Source: Geobacter sulfurreducens PCA (lineage in GTDB: Bacteria > Desulfobacterota > Desulfuromonadia > Geobacterales > Geobacteraceae). Taken from it: a stretch of DNA of 32,000 nucleotides. The DNA lies in contig NC_002939.5 of assembly GCF_000007985.2 (NCBI RefSeq), forward strand, positions 3,750,001 to 3,782,000, read 5' to 3'. The position numbers were made by a program, and so were the translations under genes. Of the stretch, positions 1 through 7,460 are shown piece by piece. Positions within the stretch are counted from its first letter, which is position 1, and each line of letters begins with the position of its first letter. The notes under the pieces are model-generated. The model was not told where the DNA came from and did no database searches. It saw only the letters and a program-made list of their open reading frames with translations.

Positions 1-2
1 GC

Positions 3-896
3 GACACCTTTGAAACCGACTGCGAGGTGTTCTTCGTCTTCAACGGCACGGCGGCCAACTCACTGGCCCTGGCATCCCTCTGCCAGTCGTACCACAGCAT
101 CATCTGCCACGAGACATCCCATATCGAAACCGACGAATGCGGGGCCGCCGAATTTTTTTCCAACGGCACAAAAATACTTCTGGTTCCCGGCCCCCACGGC
201 AAGGTCGACCCGGACGCAGTTGAGCACACGGTCAAACGGCGCCTCGACATTCATTACCCCAAGCCCAAGGTCCTCAGCATCACCCAGGCAACGGAATTGG
301 GGACCCTCTATTCGGTGGATGAACTGCGCGAGCTGGGCCATCTTGCTCGACGCCTGGATCTACGCGTCCACATGGACGGGGCCCGTTTTGCAAATGCCGT
401 TGCCGCCCTCGGTGTCCACCCGAGCGAGATCACCTGGAAGGCCGGGGTCGACGTGCTCTGTTTCGGCGGGACCAAGAACGGCATGGCCGTAGGTGAAGCA
501 GTCGTGTTTTTCAACCGGGAGCTTGCCCGCGAGTTCGACTACCGCTGCAAGCAGGCAGGACAGCTTGCCTCGAAGATGCGCTTTCTGGCCGCTCCCTGGA
601 TCGGCATGCTGGAAAGCGGTGCCTGGTTGACCCGCTCAGCCCATGCGAATGCCTGCGCAGCCAGACTTGAAGCCCGGCTTCGCGATATTCCCGGCGTCGG
701 CATCCGCTTTCCCCGCCAGGCAAACTCGGTCTTTGCCGATCTCCCGCCGGGGGTCGTCGACGCCCTCCATGGGCTTGGTTGGCATTTCTACACCTTCATC
801 GGCTCCGGCGGAGCGCGCTTCATGTGCTCCTGGGAGACGAGCGATCAGGACATCGACCTACTGGCGACTGACATAGCAGGTTGCTGTAATAGGTAA
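3..896 (+). CDS. Low-specificity L-threonine aldolase / beta-eliminating-lyase family PLP enzyme, 5' end cut by the window
   Basis: Reading frame is open from the window edge (frame 3; listed ORF 27..896). Motifs HIETDECGA, HMDGARFANA and CFGGTKNG (PLP-lysine region) match Pseudomonas-type threonine aldolases. Stop TAA at 894-896. Confidence 0.85.
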   Translation, partial: DTFETDCEVFFVFNGTAANSLALASLCQSYHSIICHETSHIETDECGAAEFFSNGTKILLVPGPHGKVDPDAVEHTVKRRLDIHYPKPKVLSITQATELGTLYSVDELRELGHLARRLDLRVHMDGARFANAVAALGVHPSEITWKAGVDVLCFGGTKNGMAVGEAVVFFNRELAREFDYRCKQAGQLASKMRFLAAPWIGMLESGAWLTRSAHANACAARLEARLRDIPGVGIRFPRQANSVFADLPPGVVDALHGLGWHFYTFIGSGGARFMCSWETSDQDIDLLATDIAGCCNR

Positions 897-1114
897 CAAA
901 GAGGGCGGGAGATAAGGCAACACCCAAGGCATATCAGTAAGATAAGCAGGGGGCTGAGCACCACGCGACGGAGCAAATGTGCTCCGCAGTAGTATTTCAT
1001 CCGGCTGACAGAGGCGGCCTGCTGAGGCCGCCAATCTTCATACATGAGATGTATGTAATTTAAATGCACCCCGGCCGCACGCAGCATCTCAACGTTTTCA
1101 GCATGTTACAATCA

Positions 1115-1165
1115 CCCCCCTTTCAATCGCCCGCTCCCTCCCCTCTTTTTCTGTATACCCACCCC
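1115..1165. other. C-run tract on + strand (G-run on - strand), potential i-motif/G-quadruplex
   Basis: Six runs of 3-6 C: 1115-1120, 1130-1132, 1136-1138, 1140-1143, 1158-1160, 1162-1165. Only 9 G in the 90 nt 1121-1210, counted by eye. Confidence 0.4.
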
Positions 1166-1231
1166 ATACAATAGCGACTCCACGCCTGCCTCGACGCTCT
1201 CTCCTCAAAAAATTAAAGCCTTTTATTTCTG

Positions 1232-1242
1232 CGTGTTACACG
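1232..1242. promoter_or_regulatory. Perfect 5+1+5 palindrome CGTGT-T-ACACG, possible protein-binding site just upstream of the -24 element
   Basis: Read directly. TGTTACA also occurs at 1104-1110. An AT-rich tract at 1205-1230 precedes it. Confidence 0.25.
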
Positions 1243-1266
1243 TTTCTTTTACCTTGTTTTCCACTG

Positions 1267-1282
1267 TGGCACGGTCACTGCT
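1267..1282 (+). promoter_or_regulatory. Sigma-54 (RpoN) -24/-12 promoter
   Basis: TGGCAC-GGTCA-CTGCT versus consensus TGGCAC-N5-TTGCW. GG and GC have exact spacing, with one mismatch in the specified positions. The -12 GC lies 55 nt upstream of ATG 1336. Confidence 0.6.
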
Positions 1283-1335
1283 ATATAAAAGACAAAACCA
1301 ACCGGTCACCACCGGCGGACAATGAGGAGGGAGTC

Positions 1336-1560
1336 ATGAAAACCACAGCCATCGCACTTATCGCCACGATCGCAACCGCAACCACCGCCTTTGGTGCCAG
1401 TGGCGCCGCAATTGACGAAGGCGGGTTCCTCGCTCCTCTTTTCCTCGCTTTCGGAGCCGCCATTGTCGCCTTCCAGACCGTTCCCGCCATCATGCTGATG
1501 GGATCGATGCTGAAGGGGCTTTTCTCGCCGAAGGTGGAAGAAGGAGCCACGACTCACTGA
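1336..1560 (+). CDS. Small (74 aa) protein with signal peptide plus a single TM helix, unknown family; paralog of the next gene
   Basis: Strong SD GAGGAGGGA (1324-1332) before the ATG. N-terminal hydrophobic signal ending AFG/AS, then FLAPLFLAFGAAIVAFQTVPAIMLMGSMLKG. Confidence 0.7.
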   Translation: MKTTAIALIATIATATTAFGASGAAIDEGGFLAPLFLAFGAAIVAFQTVPAIMLMGSMLKGLFSPKVEEGATTH

Positions 1561-1625
1561 CAGACACCGACGAAGGGGCGGCCCGCCGGGCCGGTACCGT
1601 AGAGGGATACGGAAAGGAGACAGCC

Positions 1626-1856
1626 ATGAAAGCGAACGTTGCAGCCAGCACACTGGCAATGGTTCTTGGGAGCGTAACATCGGCCCTGGCGGCGTCGGGG
1701 GCACGGGAAGACAATAGTGGAGTGCTGGTATGGATCTTCCTCGGCTTCTGCGCACTGATCATCGTGGCACAACTGGCCCCCGCGGTTCTTACCATGATCG
1801 GAATGGCCAAAGGCGTTGCCGACAGCGTAGGCCGCAAGGCGGAGGCGAAGAACTAG
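1626..1856 (+). CDS. Small (76 aa) protein with signal peptide plus a single TM helix, unknown family; paralog of the previous gene
   Basis: SD GGAAAGGAGA before the ATG. Shares ASGA..D..G.L..FL.F.A.I...Q..PA...M..M.KG with the upstream ORF. Basic C-terminal tail. Confidence 0.7.
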   Translation: MKANVAASTLAMVLGSVTSALAASGAREDNSGVLVWIFLGFCALIIVAQLAPAVLTMIGMAKGVADSVGRKAEAKN

Positions 1857-1915
1857 GGACAGCCCCGCAGAAAGGAGGACTCACGAGAAAACATGACCAT
1901 GAACAGTACTGAATG

Positions 1916-1952
1916 AAAAGGCCGCCCCTCCGGCAGGAGAGACGGCCTTTTT
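1916..1952. terminator. Bidirectional intrinsic terminator between the convergent small-protein operon and the helicase gene
   Basis: AAAAGGCCG (1916-1924) pairs with CGGCCTTTT (1943-1951). Inner CTCC/GGAG pairing. A-run on one side and T-run on the other. Confidence 0.75.
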
Positions 1953-2104
1953 GCTTGCCCGGGATCCCGGGAGGGACGTCCGGGGTGGTGTGGTCGCGGC
2001 CAGGGCTCGGGCAAGACCGGCAGAGCGGGTCCTAACCAGACGGGGCAACACCTGCGGCAGCCAGAAGAACCAAATTTACGAGTAAAAATCAACTAATCCG
2101 GATG

Positions 2105-4324
2105 CTAGACCCTCTCCAGACCGGCAAAGCGGACCAGAAGCTTCTTCGGCCCCACCGAGTTGAACCAGACGATCACCTTCTGCTCATCCCCCTGCCCTTC
2201 AATCTTCCGGATGGTGCCGACACCGAACTTTCCGTGCCGTACCTTCATGCCGAGCCAGACGCCGCTTTCTTCGGGTTCGACGGGGACGATCTCCACGTCG
2301 GCGAAATCCGGCTCGATCTCGGTTTCGAGGATGGAGGCCAGGTTGTGACGCGCGGGCTCCCGCCCCCGCCCGGCGGTGTCGGGCGCGACGGAGCCGAGGG
2401 CGGGTTGCTGCCATTCATCCTCCAGGTCCAGGAGGTTCCGGGGGATGTCGGCGATGAAGCGGGAGGGCATGTTCACCTGGTCCTGGCCGAAGATCCGCCG
2501 GCGCCGGGCATTGGTGAGGCAGAGCCGCTCCCGTGCCCGGGTCATCCCCACGTAGCAGAGCCGGCGCTCCTCCTCCATGGCCTCGGGGTCGTCCAGGGAG
2601 CGGACATGGGGAAAGAGCTTCTCCTCCATGCCGATCATGAAAACCATGGGAAACTCGAGCCCCTTTGCCGCGTGCAGGGTCATAAGCGTTGCCGACTCGC
2701 GGCCCGTGCCGCTACGCTCCAGATCCGAGACGAGGGCCACCTGTTCCAGGAACGGAGCAAGTCCCCGCTCATCGCTGGTCCGCTCGAACTCTTCCATGGC
2801 AGCCACGAGTTCCTGAAGGTTGGCGAGCCGGTCCGCGGCCTCGTCGGTCCGCTCCTGCCGAAGCCGGTCCGCGTAGCCTGACTCTTCGATGATGCGGGTG
2901 GTGAGTTCTGCCAGGGGGAGTTGATCGCGCAGGGCGAAAAACCTCTCCATGACTGCTGCAAAGGCAGCCACCTTACCCCGGGGTGCCGAGGAGAGGAGTC
3001 CGCCCGTGGCCGCCTCACCCAGGGCGTCGAGGACGGTGATCCCCCGGCGGACGGCCAGCTCGGAAATCTTGTCCACGGTGCCGGGACCGATCCCCCGAGC
3101 GGGAACGTTGATGATCCGCTTGAGCGAAACCTCGTCAGCCGGGTTCGCCAGGACCCGCAGATAGGCAAGGACGTCTTTTACCTCCATACGCTCATAGAAC
3201 CGCATGCCGCCCACCATGTGGTAGGGGATGCCGTCGGCCACCAGAGCGTCTTCCACCACCCGGGACTGGGCATTGGTGCGGTAGAAGACCGCCACGTCCC
3301 GGAGGTCGCCGCCACGGCGTACGTAGCGCTCGATCTCACGGCAGACGAAGCGGGCCTCATCCCGCTCGTCGGCCAGACGGCGGTAAACGATAGGGTCGCC
3401 CGGCGGGTTCTCGCTCCAGAGGGTCTTGGCCTTGCGACCCCGGTTGCGTGCCACCACGGCTCCCGCCGCCGCAAGGATGTTCCGGGTGGAGCGGTAGTTC
3501 TGCTCGAGCTTGATGGTGGTGACGCCGGGGAAGTCCTTCTCGAAGTCGAGGATGTTACGGATGTCGGCCCCGCGCCAGCGATAGATGGATTGGTCATCGT
3601 CACCCACCACGCAGAGGTTGCGGTGCTCACCGGCCAATAGGCGCACGAGCCGGTACTGGATCGGGTTGGTATCCTGGTATTCGTCCACCAGGATCCAGCG
3701 CCACTGGTCCCGGTAGCGCTCAAGCACCACGGGGTGCTCCTCGAAGAGGCGGACGGTCAGCATGATGAGGTCGCCGAAGTCGAGGGCGTTGCACTTCTTC
3801 AACCGCTCCTGGTAGGCGGCGTAGACGCGGCCCACCACCTCGCCGGTGAAGGTGTCGGCTGGCAGGTCCTCCGGCGCAAGCCCCCGGTTCTTGCAGTCGT
3901 CGATGGCCGAGGCAAGCGAGGTCGCAGGGAAACGCTTCTCGTCGAGACCGAGACCGGCCATCACTTCCTTGAGGAGCTTGCCGGAGTCCTTGTCATCATA
4001 GATGGCAAAAGAGGAATCGTAGCCCAGGTGGTGAATCTCCCGGCGAAGGATCCGCGCGCAGGTGGAGTGAAAGGTGGCGATCAGGGGAACCTCACCCCCC
4101 ACGAGCTTTTCCACCCGTTCGCGCATCTCGCCGGCGGCCTTGTTGGTGAAGGTCACGGCAAGAATCTGCCGGGCGGGGACACCCCGCTCGCGGATCAGGT
4201 GAGCGATCCGGTGGACGATGACCCTGGTCTTGCCGGAACCGGCACCGGCCAGGACCAGGAGCGGTCCTTCGCCGTGAAGAACCGCGGCCCGCTGGGGAGG
4301 GTTAAGATTATCGAGCAATTTCAT
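2105..4324 (-). CDS. pcrA: ATP-dependent DNA helicase, UvrD/PcrA/Rep superfamily 1
   Basis: 739 aa. Walker A AGAGSGKT, DEYQDTN (motif II), and the C-terminal UvrD-type Tudor-like tail GKFGVGTIRKIEG..VWF. I cannot distinguish PcrA from UvrD by eye. Confidence 0.93.
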   Translation of the reverse strand: MKLLDNLNPPQRAAVLHGEGPLLVLAGAGSGKTRVIVHRIAHLIRERGVPARQILAVTFTNKAAGEMRERVEKLVGGEVPLIATFHSTCARILRREIHHLGYDSSFAIYDDKDSGKLLKEVMAGLGLDEKRFPATSLASAIDDCKNRGLAPEDLPADTFTGEVVGRVYAAYQERLKKCNALDFGDLIMLTVRLFEEHPVVLERYRDQWRWILVDEYQDTNPIQYRLVRLLAGEHRNLCVVGDDDQSIYRWRGADIRNILDFEKDFPGVTTIKLEQNYRSTRNILAAAGAVVARNRGRKAKTLWSENPPGDPIVYRRLADERDEARFVCREIERYVRRGGDLRDVAVFYRTNAQSRVVEDALVADGIPYHMVGGMRFYERMEVKDVLAYLRVLANPADEVSLKRIINVPARGIGPGTVDKISELAVRRGITVLDALGEAATGGLLSSAPRGKVAAFAAVMERFFALRDQLPLAELTTRIIEESGYADRLRQERTDEAADRLANLQELVAAMEEFERTSDERGLAPFLEQVALVSDLERSGTGRESATLMTLHAAKGLEFPMVFMIGMEEKLFPHVRSLDDPEAMEEERRLCYVGMTRARERLCLTNARRRRIFGQDQVNMPSRFIADIPRNLLDLEDEWQQPALGSVAPDTAGRGREPARHNLASILETEIEPDFADVEIVPVEPEESGVWLGMKVRHGKFGVGTIRKIEGQGDEQKVIVWFNSVGPKKLLVRFAGLERV

Positions 4325-4448
4325 GGGCGCCTTCGGGAGGTCGAATTCGCCACCGCCGGAAGGGAAAGGATGGCTGACCGGGGTGACAGTCGACTATACC
4401 GAAAACGGCTCACCCCCTTCAACCGCAAAGAACGCGTGCGCCGCCTCT

Positions 4449-4474
4449 CCCCGCACCCGATCTCGGTTGCGGGG
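4449..4474. promoter_or_regulatory. 26-nt near-palindrome CCCCGCACCCGA-TC-TCGGTTGCGGGG upstream of the helicase gene
   Basis: 11 of 13 symmetric positions pair. Lies about 125-150 nt upstream of the pcrA start at 4324. Confidence 0.2.
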
Positions 4475-4482
4475 TTACAATA

Positions 4483-4515
4483 CGGCCCGTATCCGTCACC
4501 ACGGCATACGGGCCG
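4483..4515 (-). terminator. Hairpin (10-bp perfect stem CGGCCCGTAT/ATACGGGCCG), possible terminator of the lipoprotein gene
   Basis: Perfect 10-bp stem with an inner CCGT/ACGG pairing. On the - strand it is followed by TATTGTAA, which is only a weak U-tract. Confidence 0.3.
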
Positions 4516-4573
4516 CCCACTTCTCATCCACGTAATTCGGCCGTCCAGGCTCAGCACAAGGCCCCGGCTCACC

Positions 4574-5170
4574 TCACTCGGAATGCCGTCCGGCCCGCGG
4601 CATAACGTTCGGCCCCAATGCCGCCGCGGCTTCCGCGTAGCCGCCCGGAATTTCGAATTGTCCCGACGGAATCGGCGCCGGGACAACCTGTTCCCAGGAA
4701 ACGACCGCGCCACGTTTATCCTCCCACCGGAGCGGGACCGGCAACGGCGGGACCGCCTCCCAGAGGTACCCCCGGAAGGTGGTGCCGTTCTGGGTTATTT
4801 CCGCAGCGTATTTCATGGTATCACGGCCGTCCAGCAGCTCCTTCCCCAACTCGGTCCGGTTGACCCGCAGGGCGGGGTCGAAGAACAGGGGAACGTCCCG
4901 GCGCAGATCGGCAAGGGAAATCTCCCGGTACACGGCCATAGTGGGGGCCAGCAGCCATGCCACACCCCTGTCGTAGCGAAGGATCGACACCGATGTCTTG
5001 CGCTGGCTGCTGAATTCCATCCGCACCCGGTCACCGGACGCTGAAACCCGGGCGGTCCCCGTTACCCCTTCGACCGTGGCATGGTACACACCCGTCCACG
5101 ACGAGGATGATGCACATCCCCCCAGTGCGAGGACTATGAGCACTGCAATGGCACCAACCTGGCACCTCAT
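4574..5170 (-). CDS. Lipoprotein, LolA-like/DUF4412-like fold suspected; function unknown
   Basis: Signal peptide with lipobox LALGG-C. SD GGAGAGAG before the ATG. The fold assignment is a guess from beta-rich composition. Confidence 0.75.
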   Translation of the reverse strand: MRCQVGAIAVLIVLALGGCASSSSWTGVYHATVEGVTGTARVSASGDRVRMEFSSQRKTSVSILRYDRGVAWLLAPTMAVYREISLADLRRDVPLFFDPALRVNRTELGKELLDGRDTMKYAAEITQNGTTFRGYLWEAVPPLPVPLRWEDKRGAVVSWEQVVPAPIPSGQFEIPGGYAEAAAALGPNVMPRAGRHSE

Positions 5171-5234
5171 GATCTCTCTCCGGGAAGGAGCACCCGCTCA
5201 AATGTCCCGCGGGTGCCCCTTCGTGCAGGATTGA

Positions 5235-6878
5235 CTACTTCTTGACCACGGTCGAGGCGGTCTTCAGGTTGTTGGCGCCGTTGATATCCTTCTCGTTGGT
5301 CACCTTTGCTTCCCACTTGACCGTTGTCCCGTAGGAGGGGGCGGTCCAGACGAAGCTGTAGGTAACGGCGCTGTTGTCAGCAGGAGTCGCAACGGTCTGG
5401 GAGAAGTTGCCGACAACCACGCCCGAGCTGTTCTTGCCCACCAGGGTCAGGCTGCCGGATGCAACTCCCGCCTGCAGATTGTCCACCGTAACCTTGAGGG
5501 TTTGGACCGAGCTTTTGCTCGCACTGGTCGGAATGGCAACGGAGGTGACGGCAAGATCGATCGTCGGCACCGCTACGCCGTCGGGATCTTCGTAGGTTAC
5601 CAGCAGTTGGGCGCTGCGGACAACCGTTGGCTTGCCCACTTCGCCCTTGACGTAGAGCATCAGGTCCAGATCACGGGTGAGGGGACAGTCTTCCATGGAG
5701 TACCCGTCAAACGGATCGTAGTTACCGAAAATGTCGGTGTGCTCGTCCAGGAAATTATTCCAGTTTTTCGAGTCTGCCAGGACCGGCAGACCGGTGACGG
5801 GGTCCTTGATCGTCAGCAGGTCGATAGTGGTCGTTGTGGGGGTACCCACCACGTACTGGGGAATCTCTACACCCGGCAGGTCCTGGCCATATTTGCTCGA
5901 CTTGAGCCGAAAACGGGGATTGAGCCCGCCGAAGGGGTCCCGGTCCAGGGTCGTGTACCAGGCATTGGTGTACTCGAAGAGCCCGGTGGCCGGATTGAGC
6001 GCTTTCAGCACAGTGCCGGCAGGCAGCAGTTCAAGGTCGCCCCCCTCCTGGGAGTCAACCGCGGACACCCATGTCCCGGCCGGGAGCCCGGAGCAGGCCG
6101 CCGGCGCCAGAGCCGGCGCGGTGGGGCAGACAGTGTACTGGGGCAGGATACCGGTGGCATTCTCGTTCTCGAAGTCCTCGGGGCGGATCTGGTCGTTGGG
6201 ACTGTTGCTGATGTCGTGATCAACGACGAGCTTGGCCGACGTAACCTTGTAGCTGGCCCCGGCAACCTTCCACTTGTCCGGCAGCGGCAATGCGGTGTAG
6301 ATGTAGACAGGGGTCGGCTCCTGGTTGTAGTTGCCCCAGAAGTACAAGTATTTGCCATCGTCTTTCATTCGCTTATTGTAGTCGATCCCTTCCTGGAGGG
6401 GATTCGGATCGGCAGGGTCGCGCATGAGATGGTCCATGACCACGTACTTCTCGGTAGCAGCCTTGGCCTTGAGGGCGCCGAGCCCCTTGGCCCACTCGCC
6501 ACCGATGGGGCCCGTCTTCCAGTTGCCGGTTTCATTGTTCTGAACCTTCACGCCGATGACGTTGCCGGAGCCGTCAAGAATATCGGCTACGCGACCATCG
6601 TCGTACACGCCGTCACGGGGCTTGGGCTGGAGCGCCGACGAGTCGAAGTTCTTCACATACCAGCCGTAGACCGAGTCGATGCCATAGTAGGTGAGACTGC
6701 CTTCAACCACGGGATTGCCGAGGCAGGTGGAACCGATAATGCCTCGGCCGCACTGGATGTCTTCCTTTTTGAATACATGGGTGGTGGTGTAGTTGACGGA
6801 CACGGCGTGAGCAACACCGGCGGTGAGCAGCATGCCGAGGGTCATGGCGGATATCTGTGCGATGTTCTTGTGTTTCAT
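5235..6878 (-). CDS. Secreted protein of unknown function with a C-terminal CARDB-like domain
   Basis: I place the start at MKHKNIAQISAMTLGMLLTAGVAHA (ATG 6878, SD GGAGGAG 8 nt upstream) rather than the ORF-track start at 6950. The C-terminal ~100 aa (DLAVTSVAIP...LKVTVDNLQAG...VTYSFVWTAP) follow a CARDB pattern. I recognise no family for the N-terminal ~420 aa. Confidence 0.8.
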   Translation of the reverse strand: MKHKNIAQISAMTLGMLLTAGVAHAVSVNYTTTHVFKKEDIQCGRGIIGSTCLGNPVVEGSLTYYGIDSVYGWYVKNFDSSALQPKPRDGVYDDGRVADILDGSGNVIGVKVQNNETGNWKTGPIGGEWAKGLGALKAKAATEKYVVMDHLMRDPADPNPLQEGIDYNKRMKDDGKYLYFWGNYNQEPTPVYIYTALPLPDKWKVAGASYKVTSAKLVVDHDISNSPNDQIRPEDFENENATGILPQYTVCPTAPALAPAACSGLPAGTWVSAVDSQEGGDLELLPAGTVLKALNPATGLFEYTNAWYTTLDRDPFGGLNPRFRLKSSKYGQDLPGVEIPQYVVGTPTTTTIDLLTIKDPVTGLPVLADSKNWNNFLDEHTDIFGNYDPFDGYSMEDCPLTRDLDLMLYVKGEVGKPTVVRSAQLLVTYEDPDGVAVPTIDLAVTSVAIPTSASKSSVQTLKVTVDNLQAGVASGSLTLVGKNSSGVVVGNFSQTVATPADNSAVTYSFVWTAPSYGTTVKWEAKVTNEKDINGANNLKTASTVVKK

Positions 6879-7114
6879 TCCCTTTCTCCTCCAGTTAAGT
6901 TTGCTTAGTTTCTGTTCAAACGCTTCCGGAACACACCGGAACGACAACATGCCCGCGGTAATGCGGAACGGGCATCCCTCTCCTTCCCACCGGGTAGCCG
7001 ACGCCTCATGTGGGCTGTTCGCCTCCCTCTTTCACAACACAACGGATTACGCTACGACCAAGACACGCGCACATGCACATCGCTACATTAAGCACCTTGC
7101 GTTCCAAGTCGAGC

Positions 7115-7290
7115 AAAAATTATCATATTTACATAAATTTAATTTAATTGTTTAAAAATATTAATTTATTTATAAACAATAATTGCATTATCTTGTGATG
7201 TCGAACTATGAATAACTACGCCATATAGCTACATCCATTGACCGCACACGAGTAGCAAAGATTATTTTAATAATTAATTACAAATACTTG
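7115..7290. other. AT-rich island in the divergent intergenic region, with AT-only palindromes
   Basis: 8 G/C in the 60 nt 7141-7200, counted by eye. 12/13 inverted repeat ATTGTTTAAAAAT (7147-7159) / ATTTATAAACAAT (7168-7180). Second AT core at 7256-7290 (TAATAATTAATTA). Confidence 0.8.
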
Positions 7291-7378
7291 AACAGCTACC
7301 GCCCTATGACCATCCCTTCCGTCTTTTTAAGACGGGCATTGACGGCGAATTCTCTCCCCATCCTGCTAAGGAGAACAG

Positions 7379-7407
7379 TTGACAGAGGCATGACCGCTCT
7401 CTACTCT
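7379..7407 (+). promoter_or_regulatory. Sigma-70-like promoter candidate for the radical SAM operon
   Basis: TTGACA (7379-7384), 17-nt spacer, TACTCT (7402-7407). The -10 is weak (3/6). Confidence 0.3.
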
Positions 7408-7460
7408 TGAAGGGATATGGCAGTAACCTGACCGGCGCCGACCGGCGCCCCGAGGACCAC

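Noticed and set aside
845-1087. 80-aa minus-strand ORF with a hydrophobic stretch downstream of the aldolase gene.
   Set aside because: It overlaps the aldolase 3' end, has no SD at either candidate ATG, uses codons that are rare for this genome (TTA, ATA, CTT), and runs through the hairpin GGCGGCCT-GCTG-AGGCCGCC (1013-1032).
1958-1971. Perfect palindrome CCCGGGATCCCGGG (SmaI-BamHI-SmaI-like), which looks like a cloning polylinker.
   Set aside because: No other vector-like sequence flanks it. It sits in a native-looking convergent intergenic region next to a genuine terminator. A 14-nt GC palindrome is plausible by chance or as a small binding site. It is noted only in case the assembly has an engineering history.
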